Shown piece by piece: positions 1-12,657 of a stretch of 64,000 bases of DNA. The DNA lies in assembly GCA_951406725.2 (NCBI GenBank), contig OX597838.1, positions 15,996,001-16,060,000 of the forward strand, given 5' to 3'. Origin of the DNA: Octopus vulgaris. Lineage: Eukaryota. Position numbers and translations under genes: made by a program. The stretch's first letter is position 1; every line of letters begins with the position of its first letter. The notes under the pieces are model-generated. The model did not search any database and had not been told where the DNA came from. It saw only the letters and a program-made list of their open reading frames with translations.

Positions 1-85
1 CCAAGACACACACAAATAGCATCTTCAAATGTAAATTGTGATCTCTTCAGGGTCAACAGCTCTAAGATTCATGCTCGAATATCCG

Positions 86-310
86 TTTCTTTATTACCCA
101 CAAGGGGCTAAACATAGAGGGGACAAACAAGGATAGACAAAGGGATTAAGTCGATTACATCAACCCCAGTGCGTAACTGGTACTTAATTTATCGACCCGA
201 AAGGATGAAAGGCAAAGTCGACCTCGGCGGAATTTGAACTCAGAACGTAGCGACGGGCGAAATACCGCGAAGCACTTCGCCCGGTGTGCTAACGTCTCTG
301 CCAACTCGCC
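86..310 (-). mobile_element. SINE family A (tRNA-derived), young tail
   Basis: Reverse complement reads GGCGAGTTGGCAGAGACGTTAGC...GAGTTCAAATTCC (A/B-box-like), then CTTTCATCCTTTCGGGTCGATAAATTAAGTACC and the tail ...CCCCTTGTGGGTAATAAAGAAA. Confidence 0.9.
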
Positions 311-387
311 GAGGAGCTTTTTTTTTTTTTTTTTTTTTGGTGCAGGATCACGAAATGTTGGGGTTATTGCTTCTCTGCGTAAAAATA

Positions 388-785
388 GGCGTGGCGGTAT
401 GGTAAGAAGCTGCAAGCTTGGCAGAAACGTTAGCACGCCGGGCGAAATGCTTTGTGGTATTTCGTCCGCCGCTGCGTTCTGAGTTCAAATTCCGCCGAGG
501 TCGACTTTGCCTTTCATCCTTTCGGTGTCGATCAAATAAGTACCAGTTACGCACAGGGGTCGATATAATCGACTTAATCCGTTTGTCTGTCCTTGTTTGT
601 CCCCTCTGTGTGTAGCCCCTTGTGGGCAGTAAAGAAATTGGTATGGTAAGAAGCTGCTTCCCAACCACATGGTTCTGGGTTCTGTCCCACTGCATGACAC
701 CTTGGGCAAGTGTCTTCTACTATAGCCTCGGGCGGACCAACTCCTTGTGATTTGGTAGCTGGAAACTGAAAGAAGCTCGTTGTCG
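388..785 (+). mobile_element. SINE family B (CORE-type) 5' part, interrupted by a SINE-A copy at 414-639
   Basis: CCTTGGGCAAGTGTCTTCTACTATAGCCTC CORE-like motif. The inserted SINE-A is flanked by an 18-bp TSD GGTATGGTAAGAAGCTGC (396-413 and 640-657). Confidence 0.9.
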
Positions 786-1306
786 AAAGGCATTGGAACT
801 GCATTTTATCAAGAATTCTCACCAAAACTAAACGTTTGGAAGAAAAGCAAAGACAATGTGCATGAACACTCTTTCAAATGGAACAAATCATAAACACTAC
901 ATAGTTAACTCACACAGGCCTATTTTACCCGGATAATACGACTGAGGAGAAATAATGCGAGTACTTGAATACTCCAGCTTGGTCCTCTCTAAACATATCA
1001 TTTTCAAATCAATCAACATCGTTGCAAATGTATGTTTTCATTGGACTTTGGACTCTTTAGATTTATTTCGTACTTTATAATTGTGCCTGAACTCTCTTGG
1101 GAATCACTTTTTCAATCCTCAAAATGTAATGCATATATTTACAAACATGTTAATATGAATATGATAAGAGAAGGAGTGGAAGATCGAGAGAGAGAGTGAG
1201 AGAGAGAGAGAGAGAGTGAGAGAATGAAAGACTTTCAAAATCAATGACCGAATCAAGAATGATATCTTGAATTGCAATTAAATTTCAACAAGTTGAAATT
1301 TAATAA

Positions 1307-1733
1307 GGCGCAGGAGTGGCTGTGTGGTGCAGGAGTGGCTGTGTGGTAAGTAGCTTGCTTACCAACCACATGGTTCCAAGTTCAGTCCCACTGCGTGGCA
1401 CCTTGGGCAAGTGTCTTCTACTACAGCCTCGGGCCGACCAAAGCCTTGTGAGTGGATTTGGTAGACGGAAACTGAAAGAAGCCCGTCGTATATAAATATG
1501 TATATATATATATGTATGTGTGTATACGTTTGTGTGTCTGTGTTTGTTCCCCCAACATCGCTTGAGAACCGATGCTGGTGTGTTTACGTCCCCATAATTT
1601 AGCGGTTCGGCAAAAGAGACCGATAGAATTACTAGGCTTCCAAAGAGTAAGTCCTGGAGTCGATTTGCTCGACTAAAAGGCGGTGCTTCAGTATGGCCGC
1701 AGTCAAATGACTGAAGCAAGTAAAAGAGTAAAG
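1307..1733 (+). mobile_element. SINE family B, full length
   Basis: tRNA-like head GGCGCAGGAGTGGCTGTGTGGTAAG...GTTCAGTCCC, CORE-like motif, internal (TA)/(TG) tract, tail GCAGTCAAATGACTGAAGCAAGTAAAAGAG. Confidence 0.92.
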
Positions 1734-1769
1734 TGGATCACATCAATACAATATAATTGAAAAGAAGCT

Positions 1770-1814
<45 letters not shown>

Positions 1815-2242
1815 TTCCCTTTTATTTTTCTTCTTTTTCTTTTTTTCTTTCGTATCTTCCTTCCTAAAATTGATACCTTAAAAGGTCATTTAGCACCAGC
1901 CACCTGTTAGTCAACAGAATATCCGCTTTCTCTACTCTCTCCTCTTCTCTTTTCTCTTTCTCCTATTTAAAACAAAACAAAATGACATATACACACACAT
2001 ATATATCACTTTATTAATCCTAATGTGTATATTTACAAACATGTTAATATGAATATAATGAGAGAAGAGGAGGGAGAGAGAAAGGGATGCTTTCGAAAAC
2101 AACGACTAAATCGAGATTGGCATCTTGAATTGTAATTAAATTTCAGTGGGTTAACCACATCGATACAATACAATTGAAAAGAAGCCTCTTTCTCTCTGTC
2201 TCTCTTCCCCTTTTCTTTGCTTTTCTTTCTCTTTCTTTATTG

Positions 2243-2790
2243 TATTGGGTTGTCCGGAAAGTTCGCGCCGATTTCTAAAGGTCAATAAATACTTGCCATT
2301 ACATTTTTAATCAACCAAATATGAACCATTTTGTTGCACAATGCATCTCCATCTTTCCTTTATCTTGAAAATACCTTCTTCCCAGAATTGAGGTGGTTTC
2401 ATGGCAAAGAATTCATCAAGGTATCTTTTTACGTCAACCAAGGAATTGAAATTTTTACCATTAAGACTATTCTGCAGAGACCTGAATAAGTGGAAATCCG
2501 AAGGAGCAATATCTGGTGAATATGGAGGGTAGGGTAACACATCCCAGCCGAGCTGCAGCAATTTTTGTCTGGTTCCCAAAGCATCAACTGCCGAAAATGA
2601 ACTTTCTTATGTTCCATTTTAAAGGGTTACAAAATTAACACAGGTTATAGGAACATAAACCTTCTTCCATGAAAAGATAGCTCTAAATGGAGGTGTAGTC
2701 AAATCATATTTTATGGACTCAAACATGTTCTAAAATAAGTTGAAAGGTAAACTACTATAAATCGGCACAAACTTTCCTGACAGCCCAATA
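2243..2790 (-). mobile_element. Internally deleted mariner transposon
   Basis: ~30-bp TIRs TTGGGTTGTCCGGAAAGTTCGCGCCGATTT / AAATCGGCACAAACTTTCCTGACAGCCCAA with TA at both ends. Transposase N-terminus MEHKKVHFRQLMLWE is joined to a C-terminus carrying YSPDIAPSDFHLF. Confidence 0.95.
2307..2579 (-). pseudogene. Mariner DD34D transposase C-terminal fragment
   Basis: LGWDVLPYPPYSPDIAPSDFHLFRSLQN...ERWRCIVQQNGSY matches the canonical mariner YSPDLAPSD region. Confidence 0.93.
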
Positions 2791-3009
2791 CCTCTTCCTA
2801 TTTCCCCCCTCTTTCTGCCTTTCCCCCAAAACAAAATTTCTCTTCTAAACAAAACAAAACAACTTCCTCTTTTCGATTTATATAAAAGACGGATGAAATT
2901 TTCTGTACGTTAATATCTTGAAGAGTTCGATTGAACAAACGAAAGCGTTAGTAAAGAATTATCCAAAATTCTGACTGCCTCTTTTTTCTTAATATACAGT
3001 ATCTTGACA

Positions 3010-3185
3010 ACTGCTTGGCAACCGATGCTGGTGTGTTTACGTCCCCGTAACTTAGCGGTTCGACAAAAGAGACTGATAGAATAAGTACTAGGCTTACAAA
3101 GAATAAGTCCTGGGGTCGATTTGCTCGACTAAAGGCGGTGCTCCAGCATGGCCACAGTCACATGACTGAAACAAGTAAAAGAGTA
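3010..3185 (+). mobile_element. SINE family B, 3' half
   Basis: CAACCGATGCTGGTGTGTTTACGTCCCC...GACTGAAACAAGTAAAAGAG. Confidence 0.88.
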
Positions 3186-3292
3186 CAATAGTAGTTGAAC
3201 ACTGGGGTTGATATATTCGACTTAACCCCTACTCCAAAATTGCTGGCCTTGTGCCAAAATTTGAATTCAATATTATCCCGAACATGACTATA

Positions 3293-3707
3293 CTCTTTAC
3301 TCTTTTACTGTTTTACTTGTTTCAGTCATTTGACTCTGGCTATGCTGGAGCACCGCCTTTAGTCGAGCAAATCGACCCCAGGACTTATTCTTTGTAAGCC
3401 TAGTACTTATTCTATTGGTCTCATTTGCCGGACCGCTAAGTTACGGGGATGTAAACACATCAGCATCGGTTGTCAAGCGATGTTGGGTGGCGGACAAACA
3501 CAGACACACAAACGCATACACACACGTACATATATACATATATACGATGGGCTTCTTTCAGTTTCCGTCTACCAAATCCACTCACAAGGCTTTGGTCGGC
3601 CCGAGGCTATAGTAGAAGACACTCACCCAAGGTGCCACGCAGTGGGACTGAACTCGGAACCATGTGGTTCGTAAGCAAGCTACTTACCACACAGCCACTC
3701 CTACGCC
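3293..3707 (-). mobile_element. SINE family B, full length
   Basis: Reverse complement of the family B pattern from head to tail. Confidence 0.92.
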
Positions 3708-4155
3708 CATCTCATTATTTCAAAAATATTTCAAATATTATATTCTCCAGTGTTTGCTTCTCCTTTCCCGAATCTTTACGGTGTGATTTCGAGAAGATTC
3801 GGCTGCTATTTCCAGCCGATCATTCAACCACCGTCAATCGTTGATTCGGTGTGGTTAATGCTACTGATATTATTGCTGTCAATGTTGTTGGCGTTGTTGT
3901 TGTTGATGTTACAGTGTTTATTGTTGTTGTAGTCGTTGAGGTCGTTCTTGTTTTTATTTATTTTGGGTTTTTTTTTTTCATCTTTTTTTTCGTTCTTATT
4001 GATCACGGTTATTGTTTTCTCTCGAGCGGAATCTCGACCACCACCACCACCACCGCCATCACCACCGCCATCACCACCGCCATCACCACCACCGCCACGA
4101 AGTTTCTGCCGACTCAGCACAAAAATAGAATGGAATAAAAGAAAAGAATGATGAT

Positions 4156-4565
4156 ATGATGATGGTGGTGGTGGTGGTGGTGATGATGGTGGTGGTGGTG
4201 GTGGTGGTGGTGGTGGTGGTGGTGGTGGTGGTGGTGGTGGTGGTGGTGATGATGATGATTATGCTGATACTGATGGTGGTGGTGGTGGTGGTGGTGGTGG
4301 TGGTGGTGATGATGATGGTGATACTGATGGTGGTGGTGGTGGTGGTGGTGGTGGTGATGATGATGATTATGCTGATACTGATGGTGGTGGTGGTGGTGGT
4401 GGTGGTGGTGGTGAGACTGTTGATTATGATGGTAATGGTGGTGGTGATTATACTGATACTGATGATGATGATGATGATGATGGTGGTGTTAGTGGTGGTG
4501 GTGGTGGTGGTGGCGGCGGTTGAAGGCGTAGTGGTGGCGGAGATGCTGAAGATGATGATGATGAA
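4156..4565. repeat. Compound (GGT)n/(GAT)n microsatellite with a higher-order unit
   Basis: GGT runs punctuated by recurring GATTATGCTGATACTGAT. Confidence 0.95.
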
Positions 4566-5781
4566 CAGATAAAAACACTGAACAAAAGAATACAAAGATG
4601 GAAAAGGTATCCTGGTGCGATAAGTATTTTGGTAGTTTGGTCATCGGAAATTAAGGAGTAAGCACGGCTTTCATGATTGTTCTTGTTGTTGTTGTTAGTG
4701 TTGCAGCTCGTACTGCTTGCCATTGGTGCTGGTGTTGGTGATGGTATTGGTGTTGGTATGTGTGTGTTGTTGGTGGTAGTAGTAGTAGTAGTAGTGGTGG
4801 TGGCGGTGGTGTGGTGTTTTTCGAAACACCAATGTTATTGTCGCTACGGTTTTTCGATTTCTTCTTTATAAAATATCTGTCTGTCTGTCTGTCTGTCTTT
4901 CCATTTCACTCAATGCATGCATGTATGTATGCATGTGTGTATGCATGCATATATGTATGCATATATGTATGCATGCATGTATGTGTGTATGCATGCATAC
5001 ATATATGCATGCATACACACATGCATATATGTCTGTATGTATACATGAACGCATGTATGCATGCATATACTTATATATCTATGTACATTTGTGTATGTGT
5101 AGATATATATATATATATATATAAATGAATATGTGTACATATGCGGGTATATATAGATGTGTGTATGTGTGTGTTTGTGTATGTATATGTATACATGCAT
5201 AAATGCATAAATACACACATATCCATCTATATACATATGGATACACACAAATACACATACAGACAAACAAACAGATATACTGTCATGCATATATATATAT
5301 ATATGTATGTATATATACCCTCATATATAGATAGATATATACCCTCATATTTATAGATAGATTTGTAAACATACATTTACACATATATATACAGATATAA
5401 TATATACATACATACATAAACACACACGTACGCACACAGGCGGGAGTGCGCACACACACATACACACACACACACACATTATATATAACTCTCTTGTGTC
5501 TCATTAATAGTGGCCGATTAATTTGCATATAATTCGATTGCTTTCGGCGAACATCAATTTCGGAAACACACATTGGAGATAAGCATACGCTAATACGCAC
5601 GCATACACATATGCACTTATATGTCATACGCACAACCATAGTTACACGTACGCTCACACACACACACACACACACACGCACGCACACACGCACACACACA
5701 CACACAAAATACATTATTTAATTTGTCTACTTTTCAATTAACTGGATTCTTAATATTTATTTTTATCATAAACTTTGTTGC

Positions 5782-6000
<219 letters not shown>

Positions 6001-6016
6001 AATTAATTAATTAATT

Positions 6017-6410
6017 AAGGCGACGAGCTGGTAGAATCGTTAACACGCTGGACGAAATTCTTAGCGGTTTTTCCTACGTCGATGCGTTCTGAGTTCAAAT
6101 TCCACCGAGGTCGACTTTGTCTTTCATCATTTGGGGTTCGATGAATTAAGTACCTGTTACACACAGGGGTCGATGTAATCGACTTAATCCGTTTGTCTGT
6201 CCTTGTTTGTCCGTTCTGTGTTTAGCCCCTTGTGGGTAGTAAAGAAATAGGTATTTTGTGTCGTTATGTTCTGAGTTCAAATTCCACCGAGGGTGTCTTT
6301 GCCTTTCATCATTTCGGGGGCGATTAGATAAGTACCAGTTACGCACTGAAGTCGATGTCATTAACTTAACCCCCTCCCGCAAGCTGGCCTGTTGCAAAAA
6401 TTTGAAATCA
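6017..6410 (+). mobile_element. SINE-A dimer
   Basis: Unit 1 ends AAAGAAATA. Unit 2 starts GGTATTT at 6250 and ends with the alternative tail ...AAATTTGAAATCATTATT. Confidence 0.88.
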
Positions 6411-7050
6411 TTATTATTGTTGTTGTTATTTACTTTTAATCTGCATGGTTGATACAATTACTTACCGGAACACACCCAACACCCTAGGACAAGTGAAGGT
6501 TAAGAGATGTTGAACTGTAACTGAAAGCTTGGGGAGAGGAAAGTTGCGAGGGCAGTAGAGAAATACCTCCACATAACGCAACACAAATATTTAAATTGGT
6601 AAGGTTTTTCAAAGGATATGGGCAGTACATTTAAGACAAGGCTCTCCTGGGATGTTGTCTAAATTTTTTCTGACATCCCTTTTTTTATCATACCTACGAC
6701 ACCTACAATAACAGGAACAGTTTTTGATTTAAGATGCCACATCTTTTGTATTTCTATCTCCAGGTCCTTATATTTAATAAATTCCTTTACAGATATTCCT
6801 CTACAGATTTTTATCAGTGAAAACACTTAAATCTATTAACCTACAAGAATGTTCTTCCCTGTCTTTAATGATTATTTCTAGTCGATTATCCTGGATCGTT
6901 CTTACAGTGTCAACTGGAAAATCCTAGAGGATGGTAGCATTTTTACTTTCAACCATTTGTTCAGTATGGTGTCCATACCAGTTAGCAGGAGTGGGTTTTT
7001 AAGTGTTTACATATTTTCCAATGTAAATACTGTCCTACCCTATCGTGGAT
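6411..7050 (-). mobile_element. R4/Dong-like non-LTR retrotransposon 3' end (restriction-like endonuclease region plus 3' UTR), decayed
   Basis: Minus strand encodes HDRVGQYLHWKICK, NRLEIIIKD and KYKDLEIEIQKMWHLKSKTVPVIVGVVGMIKKG, with frameshifts. Ends in an (AAC/AAT)n tail. Confidence 0.85.
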
Positions 7051-7719
7051 TTTTGTATTCGTCAAATTTATTACAGAATCTGCAGCTAAGGTCGGTACCG
7101 TTTTGAAGAACATTAGCCTGGTAATTCCTGGTTTCATCTCGTACCACCAGTATGAAGCCTTCAATTGCTGATCAATATTAGTGCATTCACTTCAGTTCGT
7201 TATTTGCTCTTGTCATTCGTCATGTCATCATTATCCGGCGGGAAGAACACAAGACACAGCATCAAGGATGTCACAATTACTCATTAAAGAGTTCACAATA
7301 CACATAACAATCAACAAAGGAACAGAAAAAGAGCGTACTTATTTGTTGTCACATCTCAACCAGTAGGTGCGTACCTAAGGTCTTCCAGTCGTGACCATCC
7401 TGCTTCTTTTGTTTACAAACACAATATATCAAAGTCTTTATTAATCAGTGCGTCACTGGTTTTTTGGGGAATTTCTTCTTTTGTTTTTCGGGGGGGACGC
7501 AGGTGGGGATGTTATTTCCAGCAATTCCAGTGAACAAACAGAAACTTTCCAGTTCTTGTTGTTGTTGGTCAACTCCGGGTCAGCTCTGATCGGGCTGACC
7601 TACGTACGATCAAACTAGTTCGAGCTGCAACCATATAAACTGTCTCTCTCCCTCCATCTCGCTCACACACACACACACACACACACAGAGACTTACACAA
7701 ATACACACCAAATATATAT

Positions 7720-7844
7720 AGGAGCAGGTGTGTGGTAAGTAGCTTGCTTATCAACCACATGGTTCCGGGTTCAGTCCCACTGAGTGGCATCTTGGGCAAG
7801 TGTCTTGTACTATATCCTAGGGCCGACCAAAGCCTTGTGAGTGG

Positions 7845-7875
<31 letters not shown>

Positions 7876-8097
7876 TGTATGTATATATTTGTGTTTCTGT
7901 GTTTGTCCCCTTACCATCTCTTGACAACCGATGTTGGCGTGTTTACGTCCCCTGTAACTCAGAGGTTCGACTAAAGACATCAATAGAATAAGTACAAGGT
8001 TCACAAACAATAAATCCTGGGGTCGATTTTTTTCGATTAAAGGCGGTGCTCCAGCATGGCAGCAGTCAAATGACTGAAACGAGTAAAAGAATAAAAG
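7720..8097 (+). mobile_element. SINE family B
   Basis: Head, CORE-like motif and tail present, with an internal deletion into (TA)n. Confidence 0.88.
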
Positions 8098-8464
8098 AAT
8101 ATTTATACTTAAATATTCATCGTCTGAAAGTTTCCATTCTTTTGCTTTCTCTCGTCTTGCATATATACATATATACGTATTTTGCATTTCATATCCAGGC
8201 TGTTGGATTTAATTTGTTTATCCGCATAATTGGCTCCATATTTGCTTAACCTGACCCCTCTTTACCCCACGGAATTGACACCTTGTAAAGGCATCGGAGT
8301 TTCAGTGTGAATTATTTGAGCGTCACCGTCGTCTACACTAAAAATCTCTGTGTCGTATATGTTGTCTAGTTGAACTATTCGCTTAATATGTAAATTAGTC
8401 TATCCATCAGTGTTGCACCGCGAAACTTAGTGGCTATTTAAGCAATGTGTTCGCGGGTGGATCC

Positions 8465-8790
8465 CAAAGCCTGGGAATCGATCCCAAAGCCTGGGTCATT
8501 GAAGCTCAGGACAAGCCCGGTTGGCATCATTCCATCTCCACTGTGACAAATCATTTTGAAGCTGAACGACAGAGAAAAGAGGAAGAGAAACAAGAAAGAA
8601 AATGGAGGCTACCACAACCAAACCTCCACCACGGATCTCCTGTGAACTTTGTAACAGACAATTCCAATCAAGAATCAGCCTCATTTGTCATCAGAGGCAT
8701 AAACACGGAGATAGGGGAAGAAGTAGTCATGAAGAAACCAAATATATTATCGGACACACGATAAGACGCTGAGGACGACGATGACGACGT
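8465..8790 (+). mobile_element. RTE-clade LINE 3' end
   Basis: LGIDPKAWVIEAQDKPGWHHSI...HFEAERQRKEEEK, then a frameshifted C2H2 finger CELCNRQFQSRISLICHQRHKH. Ends near a (GAC)n tail. Confidence 0.8.
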
Positions 8791-8819
8791 CGTGGATGGT
8801 TAATGAGTTGGATATGGGA

Positions 8820-8856
8820 CTGATGAAAGAGCAATAGCTCCTGAAATATGCATATA
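8820..8856 (+). ncRNA. Minimal hammerhead-ribozyme-like motif (Penelope type), probably decayed
   Basis: CTGATGA-AA-GAGC-AATA-GCTC-CT-GAAA-TATGCATA-TA: both core boxes, stem II and a palindromic stem III. Stem I pairing is poor. Confidence 0.5.
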
Positions 8857-9302
8857 CACCTTTTACCCATTTTTTCTATCTTCGATCGCATTGTTTACAT
8901 AGAAGTATTCGTATACGAAACGTCGTAACCTTCAGCGCTGGTTCTAAATTCTATAGAAAGTCTGTAAAGATACACTTAATGCTATATTAATACTTTGACC
9001 AGTCAACCATTCTGGAGTGGTACCTTCTTTTATCTACCACGAGAAGCCTGAGTGGGATGTCAGTCCAGAACGTAAGAAGCCAAAACAAATACTGAAAAGC
9101 AATTTGTTCATCGCTCTAACAATTACACCAATCCTGTGCTTTGGGCTGCTAATTTATTTTGTCGACATTGATAAGCCTCGGCGAGATCGAACCCAGGACG
9201 TAAAGAACCGACAAAAGAAAAAAAAATTGTAAAGCATTCTGTCCCAGGTCCAAATAATTTTGCCAGTTCGCCTCCTAATAATGCTCAACCGACAGGATGG
9301 TC

Positions 9303-9535
9303 AAGGCGGCGAGCTGGCAGAAACGTTAGCATGCCGGGCGAAATGCCTAGCGGTATTTCATCTGCCGTTACATTCTGAGTTCAAATTCCGCCGAGGTCGA
9401 CTTTGCCTTTCATCCTTTCGGGGTCGATAAATTAAGTACCAGTTATGCACTGGGGTCGGTATAATCGACTTAATCTGTTTGTCTGTCCTTCTTTGTCCTT
9501 TCTGTGTTTAGCCCCTTGTGGGCAGTAAAGAAATA
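9303..9535 (+). mobile_element. SINE family A, full length
   Basis: TSD AGGATGGTC at 9294-9302 and 9535-9543. Confidence 0.93.
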
Positions 9536-9727
9536 GGATGGTCCAGTCTGAAACACTCTTGACCATAAGCCTGCTATATCACGCTTGACTTGGAGCAAGA
9601 CAACAGCAAGAACAACAACAGCAGCAGGAAGAACAACAACAATGTCAACAACAACATATTGTTGAAAACACATCGCGATCGACCGAACTAGCAACCAAAT
9701 CCTCAAATCCCATCCTATAGTCTTTAA

Positions 9728-9946
9728 CTCTTTAACATTTAATCCGGCCATATCCGGTTCAAATATTCTATGTTTTATGTTAAAACTGGCCAGATCCAAC
9801 CTTTTACACTTATTCTAATATGTCATTCTAAAAATATATAAAACATAGCATTGAAATTTCAAAGCTACAAGATAATGCATGATTAATTCTAAACAATATG
9901 AATAAATAAACATTACATTTGACACAGAAACCTGAATGCCAAAGAG
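9728..9946. mobile_element. piggyBac-like MITE
   Basis: TTAA at 9724-9727 and 9947-9950. Short TIRs CTCTTTAACATT / AATGCCAAAGAG. Confidence 0.75.
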
Positions 9947-10291
9947 TTAAACCGGGAAAGACAGGCTGAAGTTATAAACAACGTATTGTTGTTCTGCGGG
10001 CAGCATATTATCACCGATTTATCCTCGGGAATATTTCTGCTGTTTTCCTTTCTTTAGCTCCTCCAGTCACAGTTTTGATATTTCTATAATTTTATATCCG
10101 TGTAGAAGAAAGCTAATCAGATGGAAATTGCCATTTTATTTTGTCGTATTTTATTTATTTAAAAAAACTTTGTGGCAGAAAGGGATTGTCATAACATGTC
10201 CTGTTTCTAAATTTAAATTTTGATTAGGTCAATGTACCATCGTGAATCTCAACAAAAACACAGAACGAAAATTGCTTGCCACTTCACTTAC

Positions 10292-10322
<31 letters not shown>

Positions 10323-10607
10323 TTTACATATTTCCATGCATGCATGGGTGTTGAAATCCAACGTATTTTCGGAGCATCTAGGATATAGTCTATTTTGGTT
10401 ATATAAATATGTATAAATATGCACACATGTAAATATATACATACACACACGTATATATATATATATGTATGTTTGTATATATGCATGTATATATGTATAT
10501 ATGTATGTATGCATGTATGCATATATATAATATAAATAATATATACATATATTGCATATATACATACATATATGTACATACTTATATATATATATGTATA
10601 TACACAT

Positions 10608-10870
10608 GCATATATGGGTACAGGACGTCATAAAACGTAAACAACATGAGATACGAAAACAACAAGAAATACGAAAACACAGAATACGAACTTTGCTTTG
10701 CGAACAACGAAAGAAACAAATGGAAAAAAAGACAAGTAACATAAAGAACGACCCTTCGTCAGTTGCCGGCAGTTTTATCTACTCCACATTTCGAGCAATT
10801 ACGACAAGATGTGTCTTCGGGAAAGCAGTTGCTCCAGCAAAGTAAATTAAATTTGGGATTTGCGGAGGGT
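10608..10870 (-). mobile_element. Penelope-derived non-autonomous repeat, type F1
   Basis: Minus strand GCTCGAAATGTGGAGTAGATAAAACTGCCGGCAACTGACGAAGGG...GTCCTGTACCCATATATGC. Related copies near 19200, 21600, 23915, 34600 and 34900. Confidence 0.6.
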
Positions 10871-10916
10871 CAAAATTGGTGTGTATTGATATATATACAT
10901 ATATATGTGTGTGAGC

Positions 10917-10954
<38 letters not shown>

Positions 10955-11669
10955 ATGTGTGTGTATGTGTGTTTGCTTGTGTGAATACACACACAAACAC
11001 ACACACACATACACATACACACACACACACATATATATATTCATACACATCTTGGCGATATGGTTACGGCTGTTGTTCACAACCACCTCTACGAACAAAA
11101 ACAACAGCAACAACACCAAAAAATAGTAAAAACAGTATAATCTTGAAACCCTTGCCTGCCTTTCTCCACTACAAACATATGTGTATACACACACACACGT
11201 ATATACATACGTAAAGACAAATAACTTAAATGAGGAAAGGAGAAATCAAATTGACATTACAATCGTTTCCGTAAACAAGCGATATCATTTACCTCATATC
11301 ATATATAAAGTTGCGCAGTTCATACAATATTAAGTAATGTATGTCATAATATACGTTATAATATTATTATCATCCATTCACTTCTTCAGATGTTATGATT
11401 TGAAGACACTATCGACCTTAAGAATATTTTGAGAAGAATTTGTTTTTTTACACGTTTACAATATATAAATAGCCGGAGCACTTAAAGTTGTCACATGATA
11501 TAATTTTGCAAGAGATATCAATCAAAACTTTAAGTGTTCTGGCTATTTATATATTGTAAACAAGCTTAAAAGAAATCATCCCCAAATATTTATTAGGTCG
11601 GTCGTGCCTTCACATCATGACATTCGAAGATGTGAATGGACTATAAGAATATTGTTACATTCTTATATT

Positions 11670-11885
11670 CGTGTGTGTGTGTTTGTTCTTCCACCACCAC
11701 TTGACAACTGGCGTTGGTGTGTTTACGACCCCGTAACTTAGCGATTCAGCAAAAGACACCGATAGAAAGATTACCAGGCTTTAAAATGAAGCGCTGGGGT
11801 CCGCTTGTTCGACTAAAAAAACCTTTCATGGCGGTGCCCCAGCATGGCCGCAGTCAAATGACTGAAACAAGTAGTAGATAAAAAA
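11670..11885 (+). mobile_element. SINE family B, 3' half
   Basis: Tail CAGCATGGCCGCAGTCAAATGACTGAAACAAG. Confidence 0.85.
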
Positions 11886-11909
11886 TATATTATGGCTTAC
11901 ATTACCTAA

Positions 11910-12339
11910 TCTCTCTATATATAAACGGCAGTTTGTCTGTCTGTGTGTCTGTGTGGCTGTCAGGTTGTACCCTCACCCTGACCACGGCTTTCAACCGATT
12001 CTGATGAAACTTGACACACACATAGCCCAATGTCATAATTCAAAACTAACGCAGCGAAAATTTTGAAAAGTTCCCCCAGTTCTGAAAAAAATCGATAAAT
12101 TCGACATGGGGTCGAGAATCTAAGCTTTTTATATGCAACACATTTTCTGTTGTAGTTTTCGCAACTTGCAAACGGGAGACAGCTTGGAACATCATATACA
12201 TAGAAGTATTCGACTGAAGAGAAGACATTGCAACCTACACATGCGCCTTCGTTCCCTAGAGGGAAAGAACTAGATTGGGATTAGTCGTTGCCTACTAGGG
12301 GCTCTTACATACCCGGGCAACGCCGGGCTATGCTGCTAG
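11910..12339 (+). mobile_element. Non-autonomous Helitron
   Basis: 5' TC(TCTCTATATATAAA), 3' hairpin CCCGGGCAACGCCGGG followed by CTAG. Inserted between A and T with no TSD. Confidence 0.9.
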
Positions 12340-12657
12340 TATTGTATAAACTGCGTAACATTGTGTGAGATATGGAATAAACGATATCGTCTGTTTACGG
12401 AAAAAAGTTACAAAGTCAATTCGACTTCCCCTTTCCTCATTCAAATTATTACTTTCATTATTCACTGCTGTGAGACTTGCGGATCTCCTTTTGATTTTGG
12501 AATTCTATACTAGTCACGTCTCTGCATGATGTGCTAATAAGGCGACACCTCTAGTCATAATCATCCTTTGATTCTCCTTATATGTGTATTAATCGCTGGC
12601 AAGGACACATTATTTCATTTTGCAACCATAATATACTACTAGATATATTAAAGGTTT

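Larger units (their letters stand above)
11220..12450. repeat. Long imperfect palindrome (foldback/MITE) whose right arm is split by a SINE-B and a Helitron
   Basis: Centre near 11505: GTTTACAATATATAAATAGCC / GGCTATTTATATATTGTAAAC. Outer ends AAATGAGGAAAGG / CCTTTCCTCATT. Confidence 0.85.

Noticed and set aside
3470-3844. Recurring peptide [32 protein letters not shown]
   Set aside because: Antisense translation of SINE-B, not a gene family.
4083-4595. Poly-Thr/Val/His/Pro ORFs (also 22908-23253, 40110-41000, 46033-46655) resembling mucins or His-rich proteins
   Set aside because: Trinucleotide repeats open in several frames on both strands, with no splice or codon evidence.
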